A stretch of 63,673 nucleotides of DNA, counting the filler, from Phoronis australis (taxonomy: Eukaryota > Animalia > Phoronida): NCBI GenBank assembly GCA_002633005.1. It is 3 parts of 3 records of this genome, joined end to end, with 100 filler letters (N's around TTAATTAATTAA, not from the genome) between each part and the next. Parts side by side here need not be neighbours in the genome. Positions count along the whole stretch, not along the records: positions 1 to 29,652 come from NMRA01000321.1; positions 29,753 to 58,194 come from NMRA01000080.1; 1 more part is not named here. The stretch is one strand, 5' to 3'. The notes under the pieces were generated by a model. That model ran no database searches. It was not told where the DNA came from and was given only the letters and a program-made list of their open reading frames with translations. Below are positions 26,835 to 39,794 of this stretch, one piece after another. Every line of letters starts with the position of its first letter. Within the stretch, counting starts at the first letter, position 1. The position numbers and the translations under genes are program-made.

Positions 26835-27085
26835 CATGCGCGCACTAAGCCTAAAATATGGGGGGCTCGAATATTCCAGTATGTGGACCTTCTCTTGGAA
26901 ACTCAACCCGGGACTACAAAAACGCTACTACATTCAGACCTGTGAATTGTGCATTCGTACTGAATTCCTGTGGACTTCTGTCTCTTTTTCTCGGACTTTT
27001 TGTTTCTCTGAGGCAAACTTTTTGCCCACTTCGCCAAATGGGGGGCTCGTTCGAGCCCTCCGAGCCCCTCCCCCTTGTGTGCGCT
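26835..27085 (+). repeat. ~240-bp interspersed repeat (related copies at 33418-33665 inverted and 38763-38970)
   Basis: Shared CATGCGCGCA..CCTAAAATAT..GGGGCTCGAAT start and GTGGACTT..TTTTGTTTC.CTGAGGC block in three places. Confidence 0.65.
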
Positions 27086-29652
27086 GTCTTTCAAAAGGTC
27101 AGTTCCAAAAATCGACTATGACGTCTGTTTCCTCGAAAAGGCATTCCATGATAATCAAGTGCGCAAAATTAAAACAAAATAAAATTAGAGACGCTTCGAT
27201 TTGTCCGTAATGCGTAAAGCGTAAATGCGTAATCTGTTCAATGTTTACTTGAAATGGATTGTGTGACGAATGAAAACACATATTTGATTCCGTTTTCTTA
27301 ACGTCAGCGACAGGTTTCCCGCTTGAAACTGCCAAAAAATGTTTTGCTGTGGGCCCGTGAATTTTACCTGTTGAGTAAAATTTTAACAAGCGCGTCAAAT
27401 GATTTGTCTTCGGAAACGCATCATTTTACGCGGACATGTGAAAACAAGAAAACGCATTATTTAAGGGTTTATGCATCACGCGTCGTGCATTATGCAAGGA
27501 GACAAGGCTTTACTCTGGTAAATCGAAAAACTATGCTGAACATGTATCATGTAATCGCATTACGCATTGTGCATTGTGAATTACGTACTAATGGAAACAG
27601 ATAAATTCAATCTGTCTTGCGGTTTCTGAAAAAATCAAAGCTACACATGTTCGTCAACATATTTCATGTATATATGTGCTTCAGGAAATGGGGAGGTCGG
27701 CTTTCAACTTGAGTACCTAGAGTAGTTTCGGACAATGTCGAGCAAAAACGAAACAGGTGAATATTTGATGCGACTGGTTTTCGAAATGCCGGTATATGAT
27801 TTGTACAAATGCCTTTTACGGCTGTCAGTATCCTATGCAGAACACTAAATTATTTTATAAAAAACTCAACAGAAGACTACGTTCTAAAGAGAAAGGTACA
27901 AGTAAAAGACAATCATTAGAAACTCTCAAGCGCCCCCGATTGCAATGCCTTTCCATTTAAATTCAAAAACATCCCACGATTTAATACACGATGTATACAG
28001 GAAAAACACTAAAATACGTCAGCATTTCCTTGAGTTTTATAAGCAATGGCAACAATAATAAAATCTACAATTAGGGAAATTAAGTCCCGTTGTGCAGCTG
28101 TCCCCTCTAAATGTATGATACAGAAATTGTCAGTGGTAAGTGAAGAGGAAATTGCTGACAATTACTATTATTAAGGTTGTGGACAAATGCAGTGCCCCCT
28201 TTTGTTCACGCTAATGGTCTCAATCATTGGTGCTATTCACCTATTTCACGAAAGCACCATCTTCCCGCGCCATCTTTAAATACTGATCGAAAACGAGGCA
28301 CACTGATAAAACCTCGAGAGCGGTCATCAGCTGGCCTTCATGGTGTACTGTGCAGTACCTGAACGTACCAATTCCAACTCGTCGGTATCCTTCCCAGGGA
28401 TATACTTAGCCACTCGCCCAGTCGCCAATGCGAGTAAAAATGGTGCTGGGCGAGTAGAAGTTGACTTGTCGGTCGCCCAGGTGGCGAGCGAATTTCAAAG
28501 CGCAAAAGCACTATATATCCGATATTCCCGGATGAATATGAATAATTTTCCTCCTCCTTGTGCTGTTTTTATCATGAATTTAAGGTTCAGTTTGGTCATC
28601 GTGTCGATGCTCCGGCAGTAAAAAACATCGGCGCAGTGCGACCCTACCGATTCAGTACATGTCACCCGTTACGCGATTCATAAAAAATCACAGTGTGTGG
28701 TCGTGCACAAAGAATTTGTGGACTAGTCCGAAACGAAGAAAAGGGGAGAAATTAGGTGGAAGACCGGTCCATATGCTCATAGCAAATGAAATACTATATT
28801 TCTTGGAACTGATTCCTTTTTGTAATGTACAATGTCATTTTAGCCAAAATTATTTTATAACATATAAGCGCCCACTCGTTTCCAGACTTCGCTAAAATAA
28901 GCGCCCAGTCCATAAATGAGAATATATTTGTGCGAAAAATGTCTTACCTCACAGTTCTAAAATTCTCCAGTAATGTATTCAATTTATCAATAATATCCGA
29001 CAGTCCTGAAAAATCATTGTGCGCGGAATTTCTAGTAGACCGCGAGCCTCGCCCCTATGTCGGTATTTAGCCGTGGCTGTACACTTCAAACCGTTCCGCA
29101 GTGCTTCAAAAAGAACGCAAAAGATTTGCTGATCTTGCGAGGAAAGTGTCACACTATATGGTCTGGCCCTTCGAACAGATGCAGCGTACTGGTCAACGGG
29201 ATTTGTATTGTATCTTTCCCGTACAGATTTTCTCCCACAACAGGAAACCACTGCTTTGTACACGTAAAATTATAAAAACCGCGAATCGAAACTTGGCCAA
29301 GAAGCGCGCGCTAGGGCCTACATGTGGGCCTGCTCAATGAGATAAATATAACTACATATACAGCTCATTGGGCCTGCTACTCTGGGAAATGAACACAGAT
29401 GACACGCACGCGCTCGCTCACTCGGTGCACACCTGTTGACTCATTTCAATACAAACGTCACGTGACAACAACATGTGTGTTCGTCCAGATTTTTCTCGAT
29501 GCCGGGTGCGATCTAGCGCAGATTTTGACTTAATCTGCGGTTAATCCCGACTCCGAGTCCACAGGAACTTAAGAATCTTAGGAAAGGCTATTTGGAAAAC
29601 TTAAGCAGGATTTGAGGTAATTTGAGTCGAAACTATTTTTACTCAAGAATTC

Positions 29653-29752
29653 NNNNNNNNNNNNNNNNNNNNNNNNNNNNNNNNNNNNNNNNNNNNTTAA
29701 TTAATTAANNNNNNNNNNNNNNNNNNNNNNNNNNNNNNNNNNNNNNNNNNNN
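29653..29752. other. Assembly gap / artificial spacer
   Basis: 44 N + TTAATTAATTAA + 44 N. Confidence 0.95.
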
Positions 29753-31709
29753 TTCAGTCTCGCCACGCTTCACATGAGTTTATGACTTCAGACTATCCTC
29801 TCCGTATGTGTCCCAGACTGCATCCACTCTTCTTGTGCTCTCTGCCATCTGGCTTTGCACTTGTAGCACCAATTGCATCTTTGTATACTCCCCAAACACT
29901 TTTGCACGCTGGGGTTATATAAGATCTATTGTGACGGCCACATCGAGAACCACAGAAGCTCCTTTGACTGCTTGAGATCGGCCAGGAACGGGCATGCCAG
30001 GCAGACATGAAAGAACATCAGATATGGTTCCTGACAGAAGTTTACCTCTACCGCATAAAGATGGGGGTTTACGCTGATTTTCGTGTTTGAAAACTCTACG
30101 ATCTCTATTCCAGGACGTGCTTGGAGTGACATAAACATCTTAATGATGATAGCCGTATTCGCTTTGGCAGATCCCAGCCTGTCAATATTCTTTTTCAAAT
30201 CAGTGAGTGGTCTGTTGGCGAAAGTAAACAAGTTGGTCATTGGGTTTATGTCAGACAATGGTTTGGTAACAATCTCTGTGAATTTGGTTTGACCAATGTT
30301 CGGATGTTCCCTAAGGCAGTTGATGATCTCGGGATCTATGATCTCACCAGTGTCCAAGGTAATAATATCTGAGCAAGTCTCCTTGAACGGATTGACAACT
30401 CGACCCTCCTTCACAAGGTCGCAGAGAGCTTTGAGGTCCTTCAGAAACTTTCTTTGTTCAGCAATAGAAGACTCAGGATGCTTCAGATTGTCATTGTTTC
30501 TTGATGTTGAGAAGCATACATCCTCAAACTCATCAATTAACCTCAACACTTCTGACCTTAAGAGCTCAATCATTACTTGTCTTCTTGTAGAGTCCCTTTG
30601 CACCACTGTCCTCCTTCAAGAACTTCATACTGTGCTCTTGGCTCAGGGCACAGAAAACTTCCCGTCACTACATTGAACAATAAATTTCCCTTCCATGAAA
30701 TCTTCGTCCACTGAAGGGTGGGTCTGTGGAAGTTGTACCATGACTCTCAAGAAAAAGGCATCCAGCGTAATTCGTATGTCCAAATGCAAAAAAAAACCAT
30801 GGACACAATTCTTCACATGGGCTTTTAAAGTCAATGGCCAATTGCCCAGTCTCTGACCTCGAATGAAGCGACAGTTAATTAGCAGGTAGTCTCTTACAAT
30901 TTTCCAGTAACAAACTGTTGGAGCATTGCAGACTCGTTTTTCCCACATATCAAAGCTTTCGTGAGGTCCAGACTTTTCATGACAGTACTCATCATCATAT
31001 GTCTGTTTCTTTAACTCATTAAGCCAGAGTGAGTTGGTATGCACATCTGGTACGCTTGACATGCTTTCCACCCAGAGGAGATGGTGCAACACCAGGAGTG
31101 AAGACATTGTCTATGGAGAACATGCGGTCCCATCCAGATCCGTCCAATAGTTCACCTCCACTCTCTTGAGATGCCATTTCGATGTGGAGCATGCCCATGA
31201 AGCATAGGTATACCATTTTTGATGCACCGACTTCATCAGGGTACCGCCATTGCATTTTTTCTTCTGAGCATTATATGCAGCCTCATTCAAACCAACAAAA
31301 ATAATATAACCAATAGATGCAAGAGTGGAGCTGCGCGGGAGCAAGCGTTTGACATTTTTTATCCGGACACAGTGCGCGGGGCCAAGCGTTTGGTATTTTC
31401 AGTTCATAGAAAGTGTAAAAATATTTTAATGGCCTCAAATCATAAAACTAACACCAGAAATAAACTTCCCGAACCCAAAAATATTGAAAACATTGATTTA
31501 CAACATGATCTGGTGATGATGATAGTCGAGATATGCCAATTTCCATTTTCGGCGGCGGCCATGTTGGATTTTGTGCGTAGCGGCCACTAGGGGGTTAGCA
31601 CAGTTTGTTTGCGGGGCTTTTTAGAGATGTTTTACCTATTCCTAACATTGTACCAATTTGCAGAAACTTGTCACAAAGTGCGCGATTTTCAAGAATTCCC
31701 TCTCCGCTA
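29753..31709 (-). mobile_element. Academ-like DNA transposon, decayed, truncated by the gap
   Basis: Frameshifted transposase motifs MGMLHIEMA..G.LLDGSGW..TPGVA..HVKRTR.AYQ, FIRGQRLGNW, HPSV..DFMEGKF, VVNPF. Minus-strand terminus TAGCGGAGAGGG at 31709, consistent with Academ TAG ends. Confidence 0.65.
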
Positions 31710-32993
31710 TATAAAAATTTGGTGTTTAGGTTCCACGGTAATAGTTACTAAGGTGCGTGGTGATTGTTTGTGGATACTTTGGGATTCCTTTTCTGTGGTC
31801 ATCCACGGGAAACTTGGTCGCATAGAGAACAATAGATTAGCATCTTCATTGTTCCCGTTGTTATAAGAAAGGTATAATGACGAGCACTTATCGGCAACGG
31901 TCTGATGTACGCAAGGTTCTATGTCCGTGCGACCTGTGTTGTTATATCCAACAATGACACAACAAAGGAAAACAATGATAGGACCGATGGGCGAAAAACA
32001 TGCGACGAGTTGCCACGGACAGTGGTGGAGTTTGTCTTGTGATTCGAATGTTTTTAGAGAACTGCAAACCCAGTATTTCGTCAGGAAAATTTCTGCGGTC
32101 TTTTGTTTTAAGTCGTGGGAAAACTTACGGTCATGCCACCAAACTTATCATTCATTTGATATTAAAATGCGTTGCATGAACATTTGATCAACAGAAAATC
32201 TGACTTGAATATATGTGAAGAAATAAATACCCATGAGGAAATTGCAAGGTATAACAACTGTAAATCAAAATAACCTACATTTGTCGAGTTCATGTCTAAC
32301 CCTGTTCACTGTGGAGGACATAATCGGCTTTTTACAAAATGGAGCCATGTATGGTATTTAGAGGTACTATAGCCCTAAGTGATCAGTAGTAAAATGTTCA
32401 AAACATTCAAGAGGAACTAACTTGTTGCAAAATATCGAAGAACATGAAGAACAATCGGATTTTACGGTGCTCACGCATCGATCTCAGATATATGAAAATT
32501 TCTCATTTTAGTACATTTTGGGTGCCAAAATGTATAACTAATAAACTGGCTGACAAAATTTTTATTTTATTCAATGAAAGTAACATGTTTTTTCAACATT
32601 TTGGCCAAGTTTCATTCTCATAGCAGTGGGGGCAGATTTGGTACAGCAGTGTACTGAACACAACCTCAAAATGGCATAACGGGGGGCAGTGTAGTAAAGC
32701 TACTAAATGAGGGTGGTAAATCGGAATCGTGTTTCAAGACATTTGTGTAACAATCTATAGGCACCACTAAACAATGCCAAGTCAATAATAAATCAATAGC
32801 TTTCATTCAAGGAAAAGTATAAACAGTTAATACCGTGAAAACATGGCTGCGAAGCCGTAACATGTGTTTGAGCCTATAACTTTGGAAAGACGCAATATTT
32901 TGAGGAAATATTTTACCGCTGTTATTAGATCCCATAAAAATCGGTTGACCCCCACCTTGCCGCTGGATGGCTGGTGCTCTCGTGGACTAGTAC
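31710..32993 (-). mobile_element. Inverted ~1.3-kb partial copy of the TTAA element at 39795-44808
   Basis: High-identity reverse complement of 39795-~41134. Ends GGACTAGTAC|TTAA. The inner end is interrupted exactly at the Academ terminus. Confidence 0.9.
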
Positions 32994-33756
32994 TTAATCG
33001 TAAACCTATACAATTATCGAACTTCTTTGTGAACCAAAATGCACAAAAATACTATGTCCAAGCAGAAATGCTGTCGTGGACGATTTTAAAAATCGTGGTT
33101 TCTCGTGCAAGTCACCAAACACTAGTTAATCCGTGTCAGCTGCATTTACACGGTATTTTCAGAGAACGTGACAACGCAAAACTTCCGGATAGTCAGTTGT
33201 TACGGTCACGCTCAGATTTACAAAGACGTGAAAGTGAATATGAACAAAAACATACCGAAAGGCTTTGGAATTTCAAATTGTTCTTCTGCAACGATATCGC
33301 CGTTCATGTCGGTCTACGGCACTCGAATAGTTTCCAACTCAGTGCTGCGGTCAAAATCACTTATTTATTGCGTATGCTTTGTGTTATTCATTGTTAAGTA
33401 AAACGATTACTAGTTGTGTGGGTGCACCCAGGGAGGGGGGGTGCGAATTGGACAAAAAGGTCAGCCTCAGTGAAACAAAAAAGCCGAGTAAACGAGACAA
33501 AAGTCCACAAAGTCTACATAGTAGAAGGAAATTCGGCGTGGATGCACAATCCGTAGGCCTCAACCTAGTGTCCCCGTTTTTTTGTCCTCGTTGACTTTTC
33601 TCAGTAAAAGGTCCTCATACCGAAAAATTCGAGCCCCACTATATTTTAGGCTGGTTGCGCGCATGAGTTGTCTTGTTTAAATCCATTGGTTTCTTGCTTT
33701 TGACTTAATCTACGTCTTATCACATAGATTGTAGCCGTGAATTAGTATGCATAAGT

Positions 33757-34730
33757 ATAGATTATTATATGGCGAAGACGTTATCCCCCGTTATCTAGAG
33801 CCCTCGTGGATTTTGGACAACTATCGCCCTCGTGGCTAACGAATATTGTCCAAAATCCACGAGGGCTCTAGATAACGGGGGATAACGACTGAGAACATGT
33901 AATAATCTATTTATACCACATACTAAACGAGAAACATTGCAATCTACCTTTCTCGACTCGCCTCGGCTATAGAACTACTTTCCATGTCAGAGATTAGGGG
34001 TCGTAGGCCATGACCTCTTAAGAAACGCCGAGTCATTTCTTGTTAAAACAATCTTTTTACTCAAAACCAACTGAAAATTGAAACAAAAATAGAAATAAGG
34101 AGAACATACAAAACAAGTTTTAAACAAATAGACTAGCTTCTCACACATTTTATGCTAAACGTCTATCGTCAAAATATCGTCTGCTAAAGTACAGAAGTTA
34201 CCTGGTTGCTGTAACAATGTCTAGGATTCCAGAGGACAACCTACCGAAATTTAAATTGGAAGTCGACGATTTTGAATTGGGAGAAAATGACAGATACCGT
34301 GAAAAGTTTAACGCTAGAGAAGTTAAGGTCTTTGTCGAATCGAAGAAAAATTCCAGCACCGTGAGAAAAACAACATACGACGTGGAAACATTCAACACCT
34401 GGCTGGTAGCGACAGGACCAGCTGAGAAATAACACATTCTTGAGCTAACAAAAGAAGAGCTGGATGCTTATTTGAGCTGTTTCTTTCTTAAAATAAAAAG
34501 AGACAGATTGGAGTACTAGCCAGACACTCTTTTAAGTTTTCAAAGATCTATTGATCGTTTTTGTGAGAAAATGATTCCAAGTTTTCGATTTTAACTGATC
34601 AAGCGTTTAGTGGATCAAGAGCAGCGCTGCACGCAAAGCGAAAAGACCTGAAAGCTCAAGGAAAAGGCAACAAAAGTCATAAAGCAGATGAGCTTACTGT
34701 CAACGATCAGGAAATCCTATGGGCCAGGGG
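33757..34730 (+). mobile_element. Crypton-like element remnant (DUF3504/KCTD1/ZMYM-type tyrosine-recombinase N-terminal part)
   Basis: Perfect 42-bp inverted repeat (33779-33820 / 33846-33887), then a broken ORF from 34217: KNSSTVRKTTYDVETFNTWL..ELDAYLSCFF..EY*PDTL..QRSIDR..SRAALHAKRKDLKAQGKGNKSHKADELT..EILW. Confidence 0.75.
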
Positions 34731-34784
34731 AAACACCCAAATACACGGGACATGGACTCATATTCACGAGGAAACACGGTTAAC

Positions 34785-34870
34785 GGACCGCCAAACACGG
34801 GTCACGGACAAAATGAAGATGTCAGCTGACCCAGGAAGCCGATGAGTCCGTGACCCGTGTTTGGCGGTCC
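34785..34870. repeat. Perfect 25-bp inverted repeat with 36-nt loop
   Basis: GGACCGCCAAACACGGGTCACGGAC (34785-34809) and its reverse complement (34846-34870). Confidence 0.9.
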
Positions 34871-35826
34871 TAATTCGTATTTATTGAATACTTATTTAGA
34901 AAAAAAACTCTTAAATTCAGTAACTCCATATCACTCAATAAGAGCAAGTCCTACAAATTATCAATACTGTCGTACTGGCAACTGTACCTGATTGCACCTG
35001 TGATAAACTGGTGGTTAAAACATGCCACTTCGAAGCAATGGTCAGCACACCTTCAAAATTGGAAGCTATTGTCGATAGGTCTAACCTTCTCAAGTAACGA
35101 ATCGTTGACTCTCATAGCACACGAAATCATTTATGTCAATTTCAATTTTGTTGAAACAAGAAAGAACGACTTAAATCTATCTCACACCTAGCTTGCTCAC
35201 AGTTAACGCGGCACTCAGTATGCAGTTTGAACTAAACAATATTTGTATCATGCAACGCAACAAATGAAGAAGCTTGTCTACTCAATTAGAAAAGGGATTC
35301 AACATCTCAGCAGTCTGTTAGATCCCTACAAATGAGCTCCTGAGCCACAGTAAAGTCCACCATAATGTCAAACATGAAAGCAACAGTGCAGTGATATAAG
35401 AACAATCATTTTAGACAATATTGCAAACTTATTAGCAAAGACGGACAACTAGCTCATGTGTATTCTGTTGACTAAGAAACTGACAAACCCAGAACGAACT
35501 TTTAAACCATAGAACTGCAAGTGATAAAATGGTCGCCAATTTCTAAGTCCAACGGGCAGCTCCATAATCAAATACAGGGTTTGTAACCCTCGGGATGATG
35601 GCTGATAAGGCCAAAATGAGTTAGCCGTTTCTGTATATGTATTACATGCCGACACGAGTGACCGGTGATTATAATTCCAAAACAATCTCCTGTAGGAGGA
35701 GTGATAAATGTAAAGCATCATGGGATTCATACAAATCATTAACTGTTCAAAAAACCGTTACGCCTGTTGCTGTTGCTGTGCCGTGGGTCATGATACATCG
35801 CAGAAGTCCAAAACAGGCACATCACT

Positions 35827-36212
35827 ATCGATAGAGATAGTAAGTCTATTGACAGAGTTACTAAGGCTATCGATAGAGATAGTAATTCTATCGATAGAGT
35901 TACTCAGCCTATCGATAGAGATATTAAGTCTATCGACAGAAATAATAAGTAAATTGATAGAGATAGTAAGTCTATCGATAGAGTTACTAAGTTTGTCGAT
36001 AAAGTTAATAAGTCTATCGATAGAGATAGTAAGTCTATCGATAGAGTTACTAAGTCTATCGATAAAGTTAATAAGTCTATCGATAGAGATAGTAAGTCTA
36101 TCGATAGAGTTACTAAGTCTATCGATAAAGATAGTAAGTCTACGGATATGGTTAATAAGTCTCTCGATAGAGTTAGTAAGTCTATCGATAGAGTTAATAA
36201 GTCTATCGATGA
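35827..36212. repeat. 21-bp minisatellite, ~18 copies
   Basis: Unit ATCGATAGAG(A/T)TA(G/C/A)TAAGTCT repeated head to tail. Confidence 0.95.
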
Positions 36213-38272
36213 AGTTAGCAACGGAGAAAAAAGTTGCCGTGGCGTCCTTTTACAGCCACCGTATTTTTTGAGACTGAAATCATCCCCGTTTTTGTGAAAA
36301 GGGTCGAGAAGTCGTTTTGTGCGCCGTATTTTGTGTTAGTGATAATGAAAGTTGATAAAAAGTTTACTTTCAATTAATAACACCGACAGAAAACAAATTC
36401 ATGAACATTACACACTCCACTAAAATGTCACATGAAACTAAAGCCACGCTTCTGAACCCCTGAACCTGCCCTGCTTCTACAGCCCGCCTTGGACAACAAA
36501 TCACGCAAATCTTGTTGTTGCAATTAATTTTGATCATCACTAAGATCATAGCAATGTCATAATATTGTCAAAAGTGTATGGAACAGTCGGGGCCACTGCA
36601 GATGGAGTTTTAAGGCCTCAGCTGCCTGCATTGAGACACATCGAGCACACGTAATTGTTAACCGCACACAGCGAGGCAAAATGTTCACTGACCACTGAAC
36701 TACGTTTGTAGTAAATTTTAGCATCCATCTGTACGGTGGGCCAGCTATTTGCTTTAGTCAAGTGATACAATTTTCATTGGTTCCCGGAGTAATCGACCTA
36801 ACTTTTAGCTCCCTCGTCTGCAAGTCATGGGGATTAACACCCGCTAGGCAAAACAAATTCAAAAAGGGAAGCCTAATCTAAACCGCCTCGTGAGACCATG
36901 TCATCACAGTTCAAGTTGCTGCAGACATAAGCTATCAGCAGAGCTCATTTGTTATAGAAGAGCTTAGCAATTCGTCTACGATAGTCTTCAGGCTATTTGC
37001 TTTGCATTCGTCTGTGTGTCAGTGCAAGAACTCTAATGAGGTGCTCTCTTCACCCTTATAAAACATTCTTAAAATGTTCTCATTAACAGTCATGTGAAAT
37101 AGTACAGAGAGTCTAAGCAAGTCAACACCACCACTGGAAAGAGCAAAATTTCTTGAAAGAGCAAAATTTCACAGAAGACGTAGTTTACAAAACTCAAATG
37201 GAAAGAAAGCGCATGATTGGCTGAAGGATGATAGCTATTACCATATATGGAGATCGACTTGACTAAACTGGAGTTGGTGTATCCAAGATATAAAAGGTGT
37301 CCGAACGACTTATTTTGCATTTGTTGTTAGCCACTCGCGGATAACAGACTACCAGCAAGGTATGATAAGTTGAGAAGATGCTGAAGTTGCTTTTTGACTG
37401 TCAAATATTTGCAGCAGCAACTAGATTATTAAGGATTTCGAGTATATAGCACGTTACCGTTTATATTTCCAGACACTTCCGCAGCGTAGCAATGAGCAGG
37501 TATTTTTAAAGATGAAAACGAACGAAAAGAACGGCACAAAGAACGATACCTACACTAAATTACAAAATTAGAGGTGAGTTTTTTGAAGAAACGTAATCGA
37601 ACATACAAGACTTCCCCTAAAATAATGCGCCGTTCCTTGTCAACTGTCATTTTTTTACGAATGCCAATTACATGTGTGCTGTTAAGACGGCAGTTTTATT
37701 TCTATAATACTTTAAACAAAATCTTCATTTTAGAATCTAGAAAGAGAGGCGTCACTAAAATAACAATATCTCGTAATTTACAACCCTGTCCGTTTTTGTT
37801 GGCACTTCCTCCGTCCAACTGTGAGAGCTTTTTGGTGGAGCATCACCAAAAATTCAAACATTGACAAAGGACCTGTAGTTGTATTCCTTACTTTGAGAAC
37901 ATTTGCTCTGATGCTGAAAGAACCTAGTTTAGGAATAACTATAAACTAACCTGGTCTGTGGTCAAATTCCTTATTTATGAGGTTTCAACTTATAAGAACG
38001 TATTTTGAAGCGTAGTTCATCCGTAATTCATTAACAGGGCAGTTTTCAAACATGAACAACTGAGTTCATCATCAGGCATTTCTAAATATGTCAGATTGCT
38101 CTCTGAAGATTTTTTCCAGATGTTGTTGCAATAATTCATCAAACTATCTTTGCATTATCAATAAACATTTGTCGCATATCTAACTGTAAATTCGACATGC
38201 GCGATTTACTTCTTTGCTAGCTCTACTCGATGCTCTACGCTTTACAGATTGTTTCTGAGAAAACCATTCATA

Positions 38273-38359
38273 ATGAGCCGGTCTCTTATCACTCGAGCAG
38301 CCCTAGGGCGAACTGCCAACATTGGGGATATGTATGATGCAACGACAGACACGTTTGTG
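38273..38359 (+). CDS. Coding exon 1 of stonustoxin-like MACPF / GTPase fusion protein
   Basis: MSRSLITRAALGRTANIGDMYDATTDTFV|gtaaga resembles the stonustoxin/verrucotoxin N-terminus (ALGRPF.LGMLYD.R.D). Phase 0 matches the acceptor at 48339. An upstream acceptor (tttacag 38241-38247) implies a 5'-UTR exon. Confidence 0.8.
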
Positions 38360-38689
38360 GTAAGAGCAACACTTATTAACTGTCATAGTTTTAAAAGTGA
38401 TATCCAGGGCCGTGTTGCTAAGAATGCCTCAATGACTTTAACAAATATCAAGTCTGTAAATTTCCGATTTCAGCAGAACTTGATAAGGCTCTGCTATGCA
38501 TCTTCATCTTCGCATTTCAATTTTTGTGGAAATCCATGGCATTTTGTTTAGTGGAATCGTCCTTGGAGTTGCAAATAAAGTAGTAAACTCATTGCTAATT
38601 CTAATTCTAATCAGTCGACCGCCAATGTTGCGTTTTCGTCCGGTTAATGAATAAGTTATTGGCGGTCTATCTTCCCATTATAGTCCACC

Positions 38690-39155
38690 CTTTGATCATG
38701 TGAAAATAGGTACGCTAGCTCACCATACTTACTCGTCGTATTCACCATGTGAAAATAGGAACCATGCGCACACCCAGCATAAAAATGGAGGGCCCGAATT
38801 TTTGAGAATGTGGGCCTTTTACCAAGATTCATGGGGGTACGTTCAGAGCTATAAATTGTGCATTCGCCGAATTTTGGTAGTTCCTGTCTTTTTAGTGGAC
38901 TTTTGTTTCGTTCTCTACTCTTTTCGGAGTTTTTGCTTCTCTGAGGCCCACTCTGCCAAATGGGGAGGCGCGTTCGTATTTACCATGATGCGTAAATAGA
39001 AACGCTAACTCTCCGTATTCCCCATGTGTAAATACGAACGGTAACTCACCGTATTCACCATGAGTAAACAGGAACCGCATGCACCATGTGTAAATAGAAA
39101 CCTTAGCTCACCGTATTCATCATCTGTAAATAGGAACTGTAACTTACCGTATTCA
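38690..39155. repeat. ~35-bp degenerate tandem repeat interrupted by a short interspersed repeat
   Basis: CGTATTCACCATGTGTAAATAG-like units recur at ~38737 and ~38975-39150. Confidence 0.7.
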
Positions 39156-39794
39156 AAGAACAAAACGAGGCGAACCAAAATGACGGTTTTATCGATGACG
39201 CTGCATGGGGCTTTGGCGCAATTTTACTTGTCCTATTCGACCTCAAAACGTCTGGAATACAAAAGCAAGTTCATGATAACGATTTAATTAAAACGACTAT
39301 GCTTAGGAAATCTTGTTGTGAGGTAGTATTTTTATATTCTTATTATTACGAAGAATTGGGGAACACGCGTGATGCCATTTTACAAACGTTTCGTTTTAAC
39401 TCAAAACATCATCAGTGGCAACACAACAAGACCAGCAAGGCGAACAAAAAAAAACGATCACCCAAGGAATCAGAATCTTAGAGCAAAACATTGGTGGGAG
39501 TCAAGGCCAGAGTTGCTATACATTTACATCTGGGATCATAAACATTACCAAAACTTTTTGTTTAATATGCTGATATTTTTTTTATTTTTATGGAAACTTT
39601 GAATCAGTGCTTCTGTTGACTATCTATAAGGAACTTTGACCGAACTAAAAATGGTGGGCTGTACTGCTCGCTAGCTCTGATCCGACAGCATTCGACTTCT
39701 TTCTGGGATTACTACTTAGATAGACGTAACTAGTGAAATGGTTTGATAACTTTGACGAAATTATCCAGAATGAGTTCAATGTTTTGAGTGTTAA

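Noticed and set aside
29697-29708. TTAATTAATTAA palindrome inside N runs (also 58239-58250)
   Set aside because: Identical symmetric design at both gaps with stops in all frames: an artificial linker, not biology.
35720-36271. 183-aa leucine-zipper-like ORF (SIELLSL repeats) and CRISPR-like periodicity
   Set aside because: By-product of a 21-bp minisatellite. There are no unique spacers, no cas genes, and the context is eukaryotic.
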